Positions 50,663 through 61,994 of a DNA stretch of 64,000 nt are shown here, piece by piece. Numbering within the stretch: the first letter of the stretch is position 1; each line of letters begins with the position of its first letter. The stretch comes from Planctomycetota bacterium (GTDB taxonomy: Bacteria > Planctomycetota > UBA1135 > UBA2386), in NCBI GenBank assembly GCA_947501605.1, contig CANMWZ010000002.1, positions 1 to 64,000 of the forward strand, written 5' to 3'. The translations under genes were made by a program, and so were the position numbers. The notes under the pieces are model-generated. The model saw only the letters and a list, made by a program, of their open reading frames with translations, was not told the DNA's origin and ran no database searches.

Positions 50663-52141
50663 TCAACGGTTGCCGATCTCTGGGAGCGGCAACAAGAACG
50701 CGCCCCGGAATCCACCGCGGAGTTCGGGGACCACGAGATAGCGCGTCGGCACGTGCCCGTCCCAGAAGTCGCGGACCGCTGGCTCGGGCGAGGTGACAAA
50801 GAAGTCGAGCGCGGTGGCGGACAGCAACACCGGCAGACCCGCCTCTTGGAAGCGACCCCACCACCCGTCGAACCACAGGGCCAGCGTCGTGCCACGTTCG
50901 CGTTCGTCGAGCCATAGGTGCAGCGCGGCGCCGAGGTCGATGACAACCGCACCCGGCACGCTGGTGCGGACGCCGTCCAGCTCGTAGCGCCGGCCGGCAA
51001 TCAAGGCGACCTTCTGCTGCTGGTGGATCGTGGCAAACCCGGAGACGAACTCTGGGGCGACCGGGTCCTTCCACTGCGGCATCACGGCAGCGACCGACAG
51101 CGCGAAACCGGCGACCGTCAGCAGCAGGAACTCACGCCAGCGCAGCAACCGTACGGCCGCCATGACTGCGGCGGGGACGACGGCGATCAGGTAGGCCCCG
51201 CCTTCGTCGATGTGATGATGCCCGAGCAGCAGCACCGTCACGGGCAAATGCAGCAACAGTCCGAGCAAGGTCGCCAACGACCAGATCCGCGCGCGACGCA
51301 CGAACAGCCCTACGACCGCGCAGACGGACCAGGGCGCGCATGGGATCAGCCATTCGCGCACCATGACCTCGGGCACGGTCGAGAGATCGAGGCCCTCGAG
51401 ATGACGGGCGCAGAACTCGAACGCGTCGCGCGCTTGGCCACCGGCGCCAGCGCCGAGCAGTGTGGCAACCAAGACGGCAACACCCCAATGCAACCCGACC
51501 GCCAGCAGCCACCATCGGGTCGACAGACCACGGCGAGGTCCGCCAAACGCATAGGACGCCACGGCAAGCGTTGGCAACAGCACGTGCCCGAAGGCGTGAA
51601 TGGAAGCCGCAGCCCCGGTGCACAGCCCGACCACCGCAACGCGCCGGAGGCTCGGCGCCAGTAGGAGCCGGGCAAAGGTCCACCACGCGGCGCCAGCGCC
51701 AGCGGCGAACACGCCGTGGATCTCAGCGCAGGTTGCGTAGTAAAGGCATGGCCCGGTCGCCATGGCCGCGAATGCTGGCAGCGCTCCCGAGCGGAAGGGC
51801 CGCGGTGCAAGCAGGCGAAACGTGCGATGCAGGCACACGGCCGCGAAGCCCGATCCGAGCGCCGAGGCCAACAGCAGCGACTGCAAGGCCGACATGCCGA
51901 ACGGCGAGAACATCGAGTGCAGCGCACCGACGATGTGAAGGTAGGCAACGTGTCGGGCGTAGTCGTGACGACCTTGCTCGATCCAGGTCAGGAACACCTC
52001 ACCGTCGACGCCGTGCAGCGTCCGCTGCGGCAGCAGCAGGAACACCGAGGCGACGATCAGGAACAGTCCCAACGTCTCGCCCCAACGCTGCGCGAGCAGC
52101 GGCTCCTCCTTCCTTCCTAGTTCGACTCGGGAATCGTCCAT
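50663..52141 (-). CDS. Multi-pass membrane protein, possibly a GT-C fold glycosyltransferase
   Basis: About 10 hydrophobic segments, an early-loop acidic motif HGVDGE, YATCAEIH and a soluble C-terminal domain. Confidence 0.6.
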   Translation of the reverse strand: MDDSRVELGRKEEPLLAQRWGETLGLFLIVASVFLLLPQRTLHGVDGEVFLTWIEQGRHDYARHVAYLHIVGALHSMFSPFGMSALQSLLLASALGSGFAAVCLHRTFRLLAPRPFRSGALPAFAAMATGPCLYYATCAEIHGVFAAGAGAAWWTFARLLLAPSLRRVAVVGLCTGAAASIHAFGHVLLPTLAVASYAFGGPRRGLSTRWWLLAVGLHWGVAVLVATLLGAGAGGQARDAFEFCARHLEGLDLSTVPEVMVREWLIPCAPWSVCAVVGLFVRRARIWSLATLLGLLLHLPVTVLLLGHHHIDEGGAYLIAVVPAAVMAAVRLLRWREFLLLTVAGFALSVAAVMPQWKDPVAPEFVSGFATIHQQQKVALIAGRRYELDGVRTSVPGAVVIDLGAALHLWLDERERGTTLALWFDGWWGRFQEAGLPVLLSATALDFFVTSPEPAVRDFWDGHVPTRYLVVPELRGGFRGAFLLPLPEIGNR

Positions 52142-52171
52142 GACACTCCGCCGAGCGGAGTGCCATGGAGG

Positions 52172-53782
52172 TCACTCCCACTCGATCGTCGCGGGCGGCT
52201 TGCTGCTGATGTCGAGACAAACGCGGGAGAACCCCTTCACCTCATTGAGGATCCGGGTGCTCATCCGACGCAGCACGTCGACGGGCAGCAGTTCCCAGTC
52301 GGCCGTCATGGCGTCCACGGAACTTACCATGCGCAACACGCAGACCTCTTCGTAGACGCGGGCGTCGCCCTTCACGCCGACCGACTTGACTGGCAAGTGC
52401 ACGGCGAAGTACTGCCAGAGTCCCTGCTGCAGGCCACGCGACTCGACCTCATGACGCACGATGGCATCGGCTTCGCGAAGCGCTCGCAGCCGATCTCGCG
52501 TAATCGCGCCGAGGCAGCGCACCGCGAGTCCCGGACCGGGAAATGGTTGTCGGTCGACGAGCGAACTCGGGAGCCCCATCTGCCGGCCGATAGCCCGGAC
52601 CTCGTCCTTGAACAGGTCGCGCAGCGGCTCGACCAGTTGCATGTCGAGGTCCTTGGGCAAGCCACCGACATTGTGGTGGCTCTTGATCGTCGACGTTGCG
52701 CCGCCGTGCGCCGCGACGGACTCGATCACATCGGGATACAGCGTGCCTTGGCCCAGGAACTTCGCATTGCGGTAGCCACTGGCTTCGTGCTTGAAGACGT
52801 CGACGAAGACCCTACCGATGATCTTGCGCTTCTGTTCTGGGTCCGTGACGCCGGCCAGCTCTGCCAGGAAGCGCTCGCTGGCATCGACCACCTTCAGATC
52901 CATGTGCCAGTCGCGACCGAAGAGCGCCTGCACACCCTCCCGCTCTCCCTGCCGCAGGAGGCCGTTGTCGACGAACACGCAGTGGAGCCGCGATCCGATC
53001 GCCTTGTTCACGATCGCCGCTGCAACAGAACTGTCGACGCCGCCGGACAACCCCAGCACCACTTCACCGGTCTCGCCGACGAGCTCGCGGACCGCCTGGA
53101 TCTTGCGATCGACGATGTGACCCGGATCCCAATCCGTGCGGCACTTGGCGATGCCAAGCACAAAGTTCGACAGCATGCGTTGGCCGTCCTCGGTGTGCGC
53201 GACTTCTGGGTGGAACTGCAGACCGACGAACTTCCGGTCAAGATCGGCGACCACTGCGAAGGGACAAGGCGCGCTCTTCGCCAGCACCGAGAACCCACTG
53301 GGCAACCGGCTGACCTTGTCGCCGTGCGACATCCAGACGATGCCGTTGTCGCGCACGCCCTCGAGAAAGCCGTGCGTCTCGACGCGCTGCAGCTCCGTGC
53401 GACCGTACTCCGCGCCGCTCTGCGCCGGCGTCACTTCGCCGCCGAGGTTCTGGGCCATCCACTGCAAGCCATAGCAGATCCCGAGCACTGGCACGCCCTG
53501 ATGCAAGATCTGCGGGTCCAGCGCGGGCGCATCGTGCTCGTAGACCGAGCGCGGGCCGCCACTGAGAATCACCGCCGCTGGCCGCATGGCCTGGAACGTG
53601 AACATCGCCCGCTCAGGGACGGTGATGCGGCTGTAGACCCCTAGTTCGCGGATTCGTCGCGCGATCAGCTGGCAGTATTGAGCGCCGAAATCGACGATCA
53701 GCACACCTCCTGATGGGCCCCGATCGCTCAGCGGGAGGCCCTGAGCGTCCGTCGTCGCGGAACCCTGTTGCTTGCTCGTCAT
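52172..53782 (-). CDS. guaA: GMP synthase (glutamine-hydrolysing)
   Basis: DFGAQY, LGICYG, WMSHGD, QFHPEV, SGGVDS, QGTLYPDVIES, IKSHHNVGG, KPPATIEWE. Confidence 0.98.
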   Translation of the reverse strand: MTSKQQGSATTDAQGLPLSDRGPSGGVLIVDFGAQYCQLIARRIRELGVYSRITVPERAMFTFQAMRPAAVILSGGPRSVYEHDAPALDPQILHQGVPVLGICYGLQWMAQNLGGEVTPAQSGAEYGRTELQRVETHGFLEGVRDNGIVWMSHGDKVSRLPSGFSVLAKSAPCPFAVVADLDRKFVGLQFHPEVAHTEDGQRMLSNFVLGIAKCRTDWDPGHIVDRKIQAVRELVGETGEVVLGLSGGVDSSVAAAIVNKAIGSRLHCVFVDNGLLRQGEREGVQALFGRDWHMDLKVVDASERFLAELAGVTDPEQKRKIIGRVFVDVFKHEASGYRNAKFLGQGTLYPDVIESVAAHGGATSTIKSHHNVGGLPKDLDMQLVEPLRDLFKDEVRAIGRQMGLPSSLVDRQPFPGPGLAVRCLGAITRDRLRALREADAIVRHEVESRGLQQGLWQYFAVHLPVKSVGVKGDARVYEEVCVLRMVSSVDAMTADWELLPVDVLRRMSTRILNEVKGFSRVCLDISSKPPATIEWE

Positions 53783-53786
53783 GGCG

Positions 53787-55244
53787 TCACGCCTCGCCGC
53801 TGTAGTTGGGCGCTTCCTTGGTGATCTGGATGTCGTGCGGGTGCGACTCGCGCAAGCCGGCCGCTGTCACGCGCAAGAACTTTGCTTGCTGCGTCAGTTC
53901 CGCAAGCGTGCGCGCACCGCAATAGCCCATGCCCGACCGCAGCCCGCCCACCAACTGGTAGACGAAGTCTGCAAGCGAGCCCTTGTACGGGACCATGCCC
54001 TCGACCCCCTCAGGCACGTACTTCAGCTTGTCCTTCACTTCTCCCTGCGCGTAGCGATCGGCCGAGCCGAGTTCCATCGCGCCGAGCGAACCCATACCCC
54101 GCACGGTCTTGAACGAGCGACCGCGAAACAGAATGGTCTCGCCGGGGCTCTCGTCGAGGCCGGCCAGGAGCGAGCCGAGCATCACGCACGACGCGCCAGC
54201 AGCGAGCGCCTTGACGATGTCGCCCGACTGGCGGATGCCACCGTCGGCAATCACCGGGACATCCGCCTTGTGGCACGCCTCCACCGCCGACATCACCGCC
54301 GTCAGCTGCGGGACGCCGCAGCCGGTGACGATGCGCGTGGTGCAGATCGAACCCGGCCCGATGCCAACTTTGATGCCATCGGCACCGGCAGCGATCAGCG
54401 CCTCGGCACCCTCGCGGGTACCGACGTTGCCGGCGACGACCGGCACCTTGGTTACACGCTTGATCGCGATCACGGTCTCGATCACGTTCTTGCTGTGCCC
54501 GTGGGCGGTGTCGACGACAATGACGTCACATCCGGCTTCGACGAGACGACTGACGCGCTGCAGGTCATGCACTCCAACCGCGGCGCCCACCACGAGGCGA
54601 CCGCGGGGGTCGCGAGCCGCGGACGGATACTCCTCGGTACCCCGAATGTCCTTCATGGTGATGAGGCCGGCCAACGTGCCATCGGCCTGCACGAGGATCA
54701 GCTTCTCGACCTTGTTGCGCTGCAGGATCGAACGCGCCTGGTCCAACGTGGTGCCCGGCTGCGCCGTCACCAAGTTCTGTGACGTCATGATCGCCAGCAC
54801 TTTGGTGTCGCGCGTATCGACGAAGCGCAGGTCGCGGTTGGTCAGGATGCCGACCACGCGCCGTCGCTCATCGACCACCGGCAAACCACTGATCTTGTGG
54901 TTCTGCATCAGGTCCTTGGCGGTGCCGACGGTGTCCTCTGGCCGCAAAGCGACGGGGTCGAGGATCACGCCATTGGCGGAGCGCTTGACCTTGTCGACCT
55001 CGCCGACTTGCTTCTCGATGGAGAGGTTCTTGTGGACGATGCCGATGCCGCCTTGCTGGGCCAAGGCCACCGCCATGCGCGATTCGGTGACCGTGTCCAT
55101 GGCGGCGCTGGCAATCGGGACTTGCAAGTCCACGCCGCGGCAGAACCTAGTCTTGGTGGAGACGTCACGCGGCAGGGCCGAAGCCATCTGCGGCACGAGC
55201 AGGACGTCGTCGTACGTGAGGCCTTCGCCGAGGATCTCGACCAA
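53787..55244 (-). CDS. guaB: IMP dehydrogenase (with CBS pair)
   Basis: [50 protein letters not shown]; start set at TTG 55244 (GGAG 7 nt upstream). Confidence 0.97.
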   Translation of the reverse strand: MVEILGEGLTYDDVLLVPQMASALPRDVSTKTRFCRGVDLQVPIASAAMDTVTESRMAVALAQQGGIGIVHKNLSIEKQVGEVDKVKRSANGVILDPVALRPEDTVGTAKDLMQNHKISGLPVVDERRRVVGILTNRDLRFVDTRDTKVLAIMTSQNLVTAQPGTTLDQARSILQRNKVEKLILVQADGTLAGLITMKDIRGTEEYPSAARDPRGRLVVGAAVGVHDLQRVSRLVEAGCDVIVVDTAHGHSKNVIETVIAIKRVTKVPVVAGNVGTREGAEALIAAGADGIKVGIGPGSICTTRIVTGCGVPQLTAVMSAVEACHKADVPVIADGGIRQSGDIVKALAAGASCVMLGSLLAGLDESPGETILFRGRSFKTVRGMGSLGAMELGSADRYAQGEVKDKLKYVPEGVEGMVPYKGSLADFVYQLVGGLRSGMGYCGARTLAELTQQAKFLRVTAAGLRESHPHDIQITKEAPNYSGEA

Positions 55245-55400
55245 GCGCTTTCTCCGAAGGGTCAGGGAAAGCGTGGGGAGCATACGGATCGGCAGGACCT
55301 ACGCCACCGTCCCGATCCCCGAGTGTGAGACCGGAGCGCCGATCGCTGGATTCCGGGGGCCAGCCAGCCGGCCGGCCCTCGGCAGCTTTGGCGACGCCGA

Positions 55401-55874
55401 TCAGACGATCTGGCCGAGGAACACCATCACGAACAGCGCGACGGTCTCGATGATGCCGAGCGCCATCAGGTAGTTGCCAAAGCCCTTGCCAGTCTCGGCC
55501 ATGGCGTCCGCAGCAGCCGCCCCGATCCTGCCCTGGATCCACGCCGACAGGCCCATGGCGATGCCGCCGAACATGCCGATGCCAAGCATGGCTGGCCAGT
55601 TCGCGAGCGCGGCCATGTTGTCGCTACTGACATTGGCGACCTTGGCGACCATCCCGTTCATGAGAATCATGCCGTAGATCGTCTGCGACAGCGGTGCGCC
55701 GACGAACGTGACCAGGACGAAGGGCGCCGCCTTGTTCTGCGCGAAGCACTTCTTCCAGCTGCCCACCGCGGCCTGACCAGCCGCACCGACTCCGAGACAG
55801 CTCCCGACCGCGCCGAAAAACAGCGCCATCGATCCACCGAGCTTGCCCAGACTTGCCATCGTTTCGAGTTCCAA
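55401..55874 (-). CDS. ntpK: V/A-type ATP synthase subunit K (double-hairpin proteolipid)
   Basis: [36 protein letters not shown] 55874 with GGAGG 7 nt upstream (alternative ATG 55859). Confidence 0.93.
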   Translation of the reverse strand: MELETMASLGKLGGSMALFFGAVGSCLGVGAAGQAAVGSWKKCFAQNKAAPFVLVTFVGAPLSQTIYGMILMNGMVAKVANVSSDNMAALANWPAMLGIGMFGGIAMGLSAWIQGRIGAAAADAMAETGKGFGNYLMALGIIETVALFVMVFLGQIV

Positions 55875-55876
55875 GA

Positions 55877-57733
55877 TCAAACCTCCGATCCGTTCGTTGC
55901 CGTCGTCGCGCGCGAACTCACAGCTGCGGCGGTGCGCCGGCCGAACGGCCGGTAGGGCACACCGCTCCACTGCAGCCCGAGATGCGCGGAGAATTCCAGG
56001 GTGTTGAGGCGTACGCCGTGCACGAGCACGGCCATCGCCGCCAAGAGAAGGTTCAAGGTGTGGCCGAAGATCGCGATGAACGCGGCCAGCAGATAGCCAG
56101 CACCACCGCCTGCGGCCGCATTCGCTGCCATCGCGTTGAATGACTGCGCCACGGCGACGCCGGCGCTGCCAACCGCGAACAGGCGCAGATAGCTGACCAC
56201 GTCGACGAAGTTCGAGACCAAGCTCAGGGGCAGCATGACGTGGTTGAACCACTCAGCCTTGATCAGCTTGATCGGCGTCATGAACAAAGCCACGGCAGCG
56301 ATCGCGACGACCGCAAGCGTCACGGTGTAGCTGGGAGCCTGTTCGCCCAACACCATGGTGCGAGCCAACAAGAACATCAGCCAAGTGCAACCGACCCAGC
56401 CGAGCTGGGCCAGCGCCTGCACGGTGCGCCCACACCGCAGCGCAGCCCAGAGGTGCGCCAGCGTCAGGTGCACGGCGCCGAGCACGAAGCACAGCAGCAT
56501 GATGTTCTTCGTGGCCGCGACTTTGTCGCCCTGTCCCGTTTGCTGGTCGATCGGTGCCAGCCAATCGATGCGCAGCGTGTCGAACACTGCCGGCAAGTTT
56601 GGCAGCGCAAACCACGTCGCGGTGATCGCGCCCCAGACCACCGTTGCCACCCCTGTCGTCAACAGGAGCCGTACGGCCTGTGGCACGCCCGCTGGTTTCG
56701 ATTTGGTCTTGTGCCACGCGACCGCACCCAGCACCACGAGCAGCACGCCGTAGCCGGCGTCGCCAATCAACATCGCGGCGAACAGCAGAAGGAACACCAG
56801 GAACAGCGAACTGACGTCGGCCTCGGCGTAGCCAGGAACGATCCCGATGCCCTGAAACACGGTGTGCACCTGGCGCACCCAGCTGGGCCCTTCGAGCAGA
56901 GTGGGGACGACGTCGTCGCCGTTGACATCCCGGATCAACATGGCGACCGCGTCACTGCGGAACGCCGTCAGCAGCGCTTCCTCGCGACTCTTCGGCACGA
57001 AACCCGTGAGCACGACAACCGGCCCGTTGGCGGCCAATCGTGCGCGTGCCTCTTGCCAATCGACGCGCTCCACCACCACGGCTCGGCTCGCCAATAGAGC
57101 CGTGCGCATCGGCGCCAATCGTCGCAGCTCCGCTGTCGCCGCCGTAGCCCTGGCCGAAAACGCTTCGATTTCCCGATCGACCGCCGCGAGCCCGCGCGCC
57201 GGCAGCGACAACGGCCGTAGATCGAGTTCGATGGGCTGACGCGACACGACGGCCACCGCGACCGTGCCGTCTTCGATCGAGAGTTCCTGCAACGATGCGC
57301 CGCTCGGCAGGTCCGGGGCGCTGCCTTTTGGGTAGGTGTACAGTTCGACAAAGACGCCGGCCTTACGCAGCGCGTGGACCTGGGCTGGTTCGAACAGGCC
57401 GAAGGGCGCGATCGCGCTCCGCTCCACGCCCAGTTGCACGAGGGCTCGATCGCACTCCGTCGCCTCGGCGGCCAGTGTCTTTACTTGGCGCGCCATGGCC
57501 AGCGGCTCGACAACGGCGGCCGTCGGGCTTTCCGTACTGGGCACATTGGCCAGGACGACCGTCGCGGCGTCGAGGAGTTCGAGGTCGGTGCGCGCGGCGG
57601 CGAGTTCGACCGGTTCGTTGCCTGCTGGCAGGGCGTCGAGGTGCAGCACGCCGGCATCGAACAACCGCTGCACGAGCGCATCGCGATCGCCGGTTGCCGC
57701 CAGCAGGGTCACCCTGCGCATCTTGGCGATCAT
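55877..57733 (-). CDS. ntpI: V/A-type ATP synthase subunit I
   Basis: MI.KM, VPTLL, P.Y.E.D, AMLIGDAGYG, DVVSYLRLFAVG, VHGVRLNTLEF. Confidence 0.93.
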   Translation of the reverse strand: MIAKMRRVTLLAATGDRDALVQRLFDAGVLHLDALPAGNEPVELAAARTDLELLDAATVVLANVPSTESPTAAVVEPLAMARQVKTLAAEATECDRALVQLGVERSAIAPFGLFEPAQVHALRKAGVFVELYTYPKGSAPDLPSGASLQELSIEDGTVAVAVVSRQPIELDLRPLSLPARGLAAVDREIEAFSARATAATAELRRLAPMRTALLASRAVVVERVDWQEARARLAANGPVVVLTGFVPKSREEALLTAFRSDAVAMLIRDVNGDDVVPTLLEGPSWVRQVHTVFQGIGIVPGYAEADVSSLFLVFLLLFAAMLIGDAGYGVLLVVLGAVAWHKTKSKPAGVPQAVRLLLTTGVATVVWGAITATWFALPNLPAVFDTLRIDWLAPIDQQTGQGDKVAATKNIMLLCFVLGAVHLTLAHLWAALRCGRTVQALAQLGWVGCTWLMFLLARTMVLGEQAPSYTVTLAVVAIAAVALFMTPIKLIKAEWFNHVMLPLSLVSNFVDVVSYLRLFAVGSAGVAVAQSFNAMAANAAAGGGAGYLLAAFIAIFGHTLNLLLAAMAVLVHGVRLNTLEFSAHLGLQWSGVPYRPFGRRTAAAVSSRATTATNGSEV

Positions 57734-58335
57734 CGCGAAGTCTCCTGCTCGCTGGCGCGGCCCTTGGCGATCTTGCCGCGAGCCACGTCGAGCGTCATCG
57801 CGTCGCCGAGTGCGATGCGGATCTTGCGGATCCCGTCTTTGCACTCGGGGATCTTGACGCGTTCGAACAGGTTCACTCGCTGATTGGTGATCCGGAGTTC
57901 TTCGCCGAGCAAGCGCATCTGCTCTTGCAGGACTCGTCGCTCACAGAACAAGCGAAGGATCTCGGCAAGCAGATCGAGCGCGTCGTCATGCCACGACGGC
58001 GACGTGAGCAGAGACGGAGCCGTCCGCGCGATGTCCACCGTACGCAACACCGGGATCGTGACACCCGCGACGTTCTGGGGTTCGACGCGAAGCGCCGTGA
58101 CTCGAACCCACGGCGCAAAGTCGATGCCGTCGGCGAACAGACCCACCCAGCGCTCACAGGCGAGCAGCAGCGCCGCTTCGCGCTTGCTCGACTCCAAAAG
58201 GCGCGCCTCCGCTTGCCGCACTTCTGCCTGCAACTGCTGCTGCTTCAGTTGGAGAGTCGGCAGATAGCGCTGATAGCGCTTCAGCGCGTCGCGCTGTGCC
58301 TTCAGCTCGTTCTTGGTGTTCTTGACCTTCGCCAT
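57730..58335 (-). CDS. ntpD: V/A-type ATP synthase subunit D
   Basis: TKNELK, LPTL.LK, N.AGV.IP, T.QRVNLFE.V.IP. Confidence 0.93.
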   Translation of the reverse strand: MAKVKNTKNELKAQRDALKRYQRYLPTLQLKQQQLQAEVRQAEARLLESSKREAALLLACERWVGLFADGIDFAPWVRVTALRVEPQNVAGVTIPVLRTVDIARTAPSLLTSPSWHDDALDLLAEILRLFCERRVLQEQMRLLGEELRITNQRVNLFERVKIPECKDGIRKIRIALGDAMTLDVARGKIAKGRASEQETSR

Positions 58336-58351
58336 GGCCGGGATCCCGGGG

Positions 58352-59662
58352 TCACTTCTTCGGCCAGAACTTCTCGGCCAAACGCGACGGCACACCGGCC
58401 TCGGCCGGTTCGAAGCACGACGCCAGGATCTGCCAGCCCTTGTCGAGAGCCTGCTCCAACGGGACGTTGACCGTGAGGTCCATCATCTCGCGCTCGAACT
58501 GATCGCCGTAGTCGAGCAGCTTCTGATCCCAGGCGCTCGTCTTGAAGCCCATCGACCGCTTCTCACGCGCTTCTTTGCACGACGAGTAGAGCTGGATCAT
58601 GACGTTCATGATCGTGCGGTGGTCTTCGCGAGTCTTGCCGTTGACGAACTGCTTCAGTCGCGACAACGAACCGAACGGCTCGATGCGGCCGTTGCGCAAG
58701 TAGTACTGCCCCTCGGTGATGTAGCCCGTGTTGTCGGGCACCGGGTGCGTCACGTCGTCGCCTGGCATCGTCGTGACTGCGAGGATCGTGATCGAGCCGG
58801 CACTCTGGAAGTCGACGGCCTTCTCGTAGCGCGCCGCGAGCTGGCTATAGAGATCGCCTGGGTAGCCGCGGTTGCTGGGGATCTGCTCCATCGTGATGGC
58901 GATCTCCTTCAGCGCGTCGGCGTAGTTCGTCATGTCGGTCAGCAGGACCAACACGCGTTTCTTCTGCAGCGCGAACTGCTCGGCCACGGCAAGCGCCATG
59001 TCGGGCACCATCAGGCACTCGACGACCGGATCGGCCGCGGTGTGCACGAACATGACCGAACGCGCCAAGGCACCCTTCTGTTCGAGGGTCTCCTTGAAGA
59101 ACAGGTAGTCGTCGTACTTGAGGCCCATGCCGCCGAGCACGATCACGTCGACCTCGGCCTGCAGCGCGATACGGGACAGCAGCTGGTTGTAGGGCTCGCC
59201 GGCCACCGAGAAGATCGGCAGCTTCTGCGACTCGACCAGCGTGTTGAACACGTCGATCATCGGGATGCCAGTGCGCACCATGCGACGCGGAATGATGCGC
59301 TCACTCGGATTGACCGACGGGCCCGCGATCGGAACCATGTTCTGGGTCAGCACCGGCCCGTTGTCGCGCGGCACGCCGCTACCTGTGAACACGCGCCCGA
59401 GCAGCGCATCGGAGAACGACACTTCCATCGGCTTGCCGAGGAAGCGCACCTCCGCATCGGTAGAAATGCCGCGCGCACCCGCAAACACCTGCAAGAACAC
59501 GCGTCCTGCCTCGAGTCGGATCACCTGGGCGAGCGAGGAGCGCTGCTGCGCAGTGCCGGGCGCCGACGTGATCTGCGCGAGTTCGCGATAGCTGACATCA
59601 CTGGCAGCGACGGTGACGACGTTGCCGACGATCTGCTCGATCTTGGTGTAGACGGTCCTCAC
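58352..59662 (-). CDS. ntpB: V/A-type ATP synthase subunit B
   Basis: [62 protein letters not shown]. Confidence 0.96.
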   Translation of the reverse strand: MRTVYTKIEQIVGNVVTVAASDVSYRELAQITSAPGTAQQRSSLAQVIRLEAGRVFLQVFAGARGISTDAEVRFLGKPMEVSFSDALLGRVFTGSGVPRDNGPVLTQNMVPIAGPSVNPSERIIPRRMVRTGIPMIDVFNTLVESQKLPIFSVAGEPYNQLLSRIALQAEVDVIVLGGMGLKYDDYLFFKETLEQKGALARSVMFVHTAADPVVECLMVPDMALAVAEQFALQKKRVLVLLTDMTNYADALKEIAITMEQIPSNRGYPGDLYSQLAARYEKAVDFQSAGSITILAVTTMPGDDVTHPVPDNTGYITEGQYYLRNGRIEPFGSLSRLKQFVNGKTREDHRTIMNVMIQLYSSCKEAREKRSMGFKTSAWDQKLLDYGDQFEREMMDLTVNVPLEQALDKGWQILASCFEPAEAGVPSRLAEKFWPKK

Positions 59663-61416
59663 GATGCACCTGCCTTGCTCGCTTCCCGCGTGCTGGTGAC
59701 CTCAGCGACCATCTGCCGGATCCGCTGTTCACCGGACTGAAACTCTGGCGCTCCGAACGGCGCGCGATTCCAGTCGATCATCGCCTGCAGCAACCGTTGG
59801 AAAAACGTGCGGGCCGCGTCCTTGTCATGGAAGTGGAGGTCCTTCTGCAGCACCTGGACCAAGAGGCCATAAACGTGCTTCTGGCGATCCCCGCCGGTCG
59901 AAGAATCGACGTCGTGGAAGGCGTCCTGCTGCAAGTAGGCCGCGTCGAGGAACTCGCCCTTGCAGTAGACGACGAAGTCCTGCATCGAGGTGCCCTCTTC
60001 GCCGACGACTTTCATCATCTGCTGCACGTCATTGCCGCGGCGAAGGAGCTTGCGGCCGAACTCGACGTCGGCGATCGGAACCAAGGAGGGGTACTTGCTC
60101 CAACTCTCCAACGGATGGATCGCCGGGTAGCGTCGCGCATCGGATCGTTCGCGCGACAAACCGTGGAAGGCGCCGACGACCTTGAGCGTCGCCTGCGTCA
60201 CTGGCTCTTCGAAGTTGCCACCGGCGGGGCTGACCGTTCCTCCGATCGTCACCGAACCGGTCGTGCCATCTCTCAGCTTGACGAGGCCACCGCGTTCGTA
60301 GAACGAAGCGATCACGGACTCCAGATAGGCTGGGAAGGCCTCTTCGCCTGGAATCTCCTCCAGACGACCTGAGACTTCGCGCAACGCCTGCGCCCAACGC
60401 GACGTGGAGTCTGCGAGCAACAGCACGTGCAGACCCATCTGCCGGTAGTACTCGGCAACCGTCACCGCGAGATAGACCGAAGCTTCGCGCGCGGCGACCG
60501 GCATCGACGAGGTGTTGCAGACGATCATCGTCCGCTCCATCAAGCTCTTGCCGGTGCGCGGGTCGATCAGTTCGGGGAACTCGCGCAGCGTCTCCACCAC
60601 CTCGCCAGCGCGCTCGCCGCAGGCCGCGACGATCACGATGTCCACGTCGGCGTTGCGACTCGTGATCTGCTGCAAAACCGTCTTGCCGGCGCCGAACGGA
60701 CCCGGCACGCAGTAGGTGCCGCCGCGGGCGACCGGGAAGAACGTGTCAACGATGCGAACCTGCGTGACCAGCGGGTCCTTCGGTCGCACGCGTTCCTGGT
60801 AGGCGCGGATCGGCAGCTTGACCGGCCAGCGCTGCATCATGCAAACCTCGTGCACGCCCCCGTTCAGATCCACAAGGCGCGCTACGACTTCTTCGACGGT
60901 GTAGTCCCCGCTCGGCGCAACCCACTGGACGGTGAGCGCGGCAGGATGGCCGAATGGCACCATCACGCGGTGCGCGAAGATTCCCTCTGGTACCGTGCCG
61001 ATGAGATCGCCGGCGATCAGCGATGAACCCACCACCGCCTTTGGCGTGAACCGCCACTGCTTCGTTCGATCGAGCGACGGCAGATATGTGCCGCGCTGCA
61101 AGAAGAAGCCGGTCTGCGCCGCCAGTTCCGGCAACGGGTTCTGCAGTCCATCGTAAACGCGACCGAGCAGTCCCGGGCCGAGCTCCGCCGACAGCATGGT
61201 CGACGTGAACTCGATGTCATCCCCGGCCCGCAGGCCCGTGGTGTCCTCGAACACCTGCATCTCGACGAACCGCCCGCGTACGCGGATCAACTCGGCCTTG
61301 AGTCGCAACGGACCCGTAGTCACGTAGACGACTTCGTTCTGCATTACGGCCCGATCCACCTCAGCAGTGACCAAGTTGCCGTTGACTCCGACGACCTTGC
61401 CTCGCGTGCTACTCAT
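59659..61416 (-). CDS. ntpA: V/A-type ATP synthase subunit A
   Basis: ELGPGLL...[14 protein letters not shown] (Walker A), [32 protein letters not shown]. Confidence 0.97.
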   Translation of the reverse strand: MSSTRGKVVGVNGNLVTAEVDRAVMQNEVVYVTTGPLRLKAELIRVRGRFVEMQVFEDTTGLRAGDDIEFTSTMLSAELGPGLLGRVYDGLQNPLPELAAQTGFFLQRGTYLPSLDRTKQWRFTPKAVVGSSLIAGDLIGTVPEGIFAHRVMVPFGHPAALTVQWVAPSGDYTVEEVVARLVDLNGGVHEVCMMQRWPVKLPIRAYQERVRPKDPLVTQVRIVDTFFPVARGGTYCVPGPFGAGKTVLQQITSRNADVDIVIVAACGERAGEVVETLREFPELIDPRTGKSLMERTMIVCNTSSMPVAAREASVYLAVTVAEYYRQMGLHVLLLADSTSRWAQALREVSGRLEEIPGEEAFPAYLESVIASFYERGGLVKLRDGTTGSVTIGGTVSPAGGNFEEPVTQATLKVVGAFHGLSRERSDARRYPAIHPLESWSKYPSLVPIADVEFGRKLLRRGNDVQQMMKVVGEEGTSMQDFVVYCKGEFLDAAYLQQDAFHDVDSSTGGDRQKHVYGLLVQVLQKDLHFHDKDAARTFFQRLLQAMIDWNRAPFGAPEFQSGEQRIRQMVAEVTSTREASKAGAS

Positions 61417-61994
61417 GCGCCCGACTCCGTGGCTGCATCCATCGTGAACTCCATGCCGCCGAATCCGGCGAGCAACTGCTCGCGTTGCGCTGCGAGCGCC
61501 GTGCGCCCGCGCATGGTCGAACGTTCGTGCCATGCGCACACGAGTTCGAACCGCAACGCATAGGTAAACACCGTCGCCGAAGAGAACGGATCGAAGGCCG
61601 ACTCCGACTCGAGCCAACGCCAGCGAAGCCGGTCGAGCCGGCGCTCCCGCTCCATCGGATCTTCGGCCGCGAACGCATCGCGCACCTGATTCTGCAGCTC
61701 GAGGTTGAGCGAGCCGTGGTCCTCGGGCAGCTCGTCGTCGTGCAGGTCACTGGCTACGAGCGCCCGGCGCTCGGCGCGAACCCGCGCCACCAGCAACCGA
61801 AGTTGGCCGTCAAAGGCCTGCCAACGCGCCGCAAGGGCCGAACTGCCACCACCCGCCAGGATCGCGGACAACTCCGCTGCATCCTTGGCGGTGAGCTGCT
61901 CGCGCGCCTGCAGCATGAGAACCTCGCGATCCAGGGGCGGCGCGGCGAACAACTGCAGCGAGGGCCAACTCGCCAGCAGGTAGTAGTAGTTCAT
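61413..61994 (-). CDS. V-ATPase subunit C-like protein (DUF2764 type)
   Basis: MNYYYLLAS.P.L, W..F...LR...AR.RA, E..LD..RW..LE, F....Y; position between subunits E and A. Confidence 0.8.
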   Translation of the reverse strand: MNYYYLLASWPSLQLFAAPPLDREVLMLQAREQLTAKDAAELSAILAGGGSSALAARWQAFDGQLRLLVARVRAERRALVASDLHDDELPEDHGSLNLELQNQVRDAFAAEDPMERERRLDRLRWRWLESESAFDPFSSATVFTYALRFELVCAWHERSTMRGRTALAAQREQLLAGFGGMEFTMDAATESGA

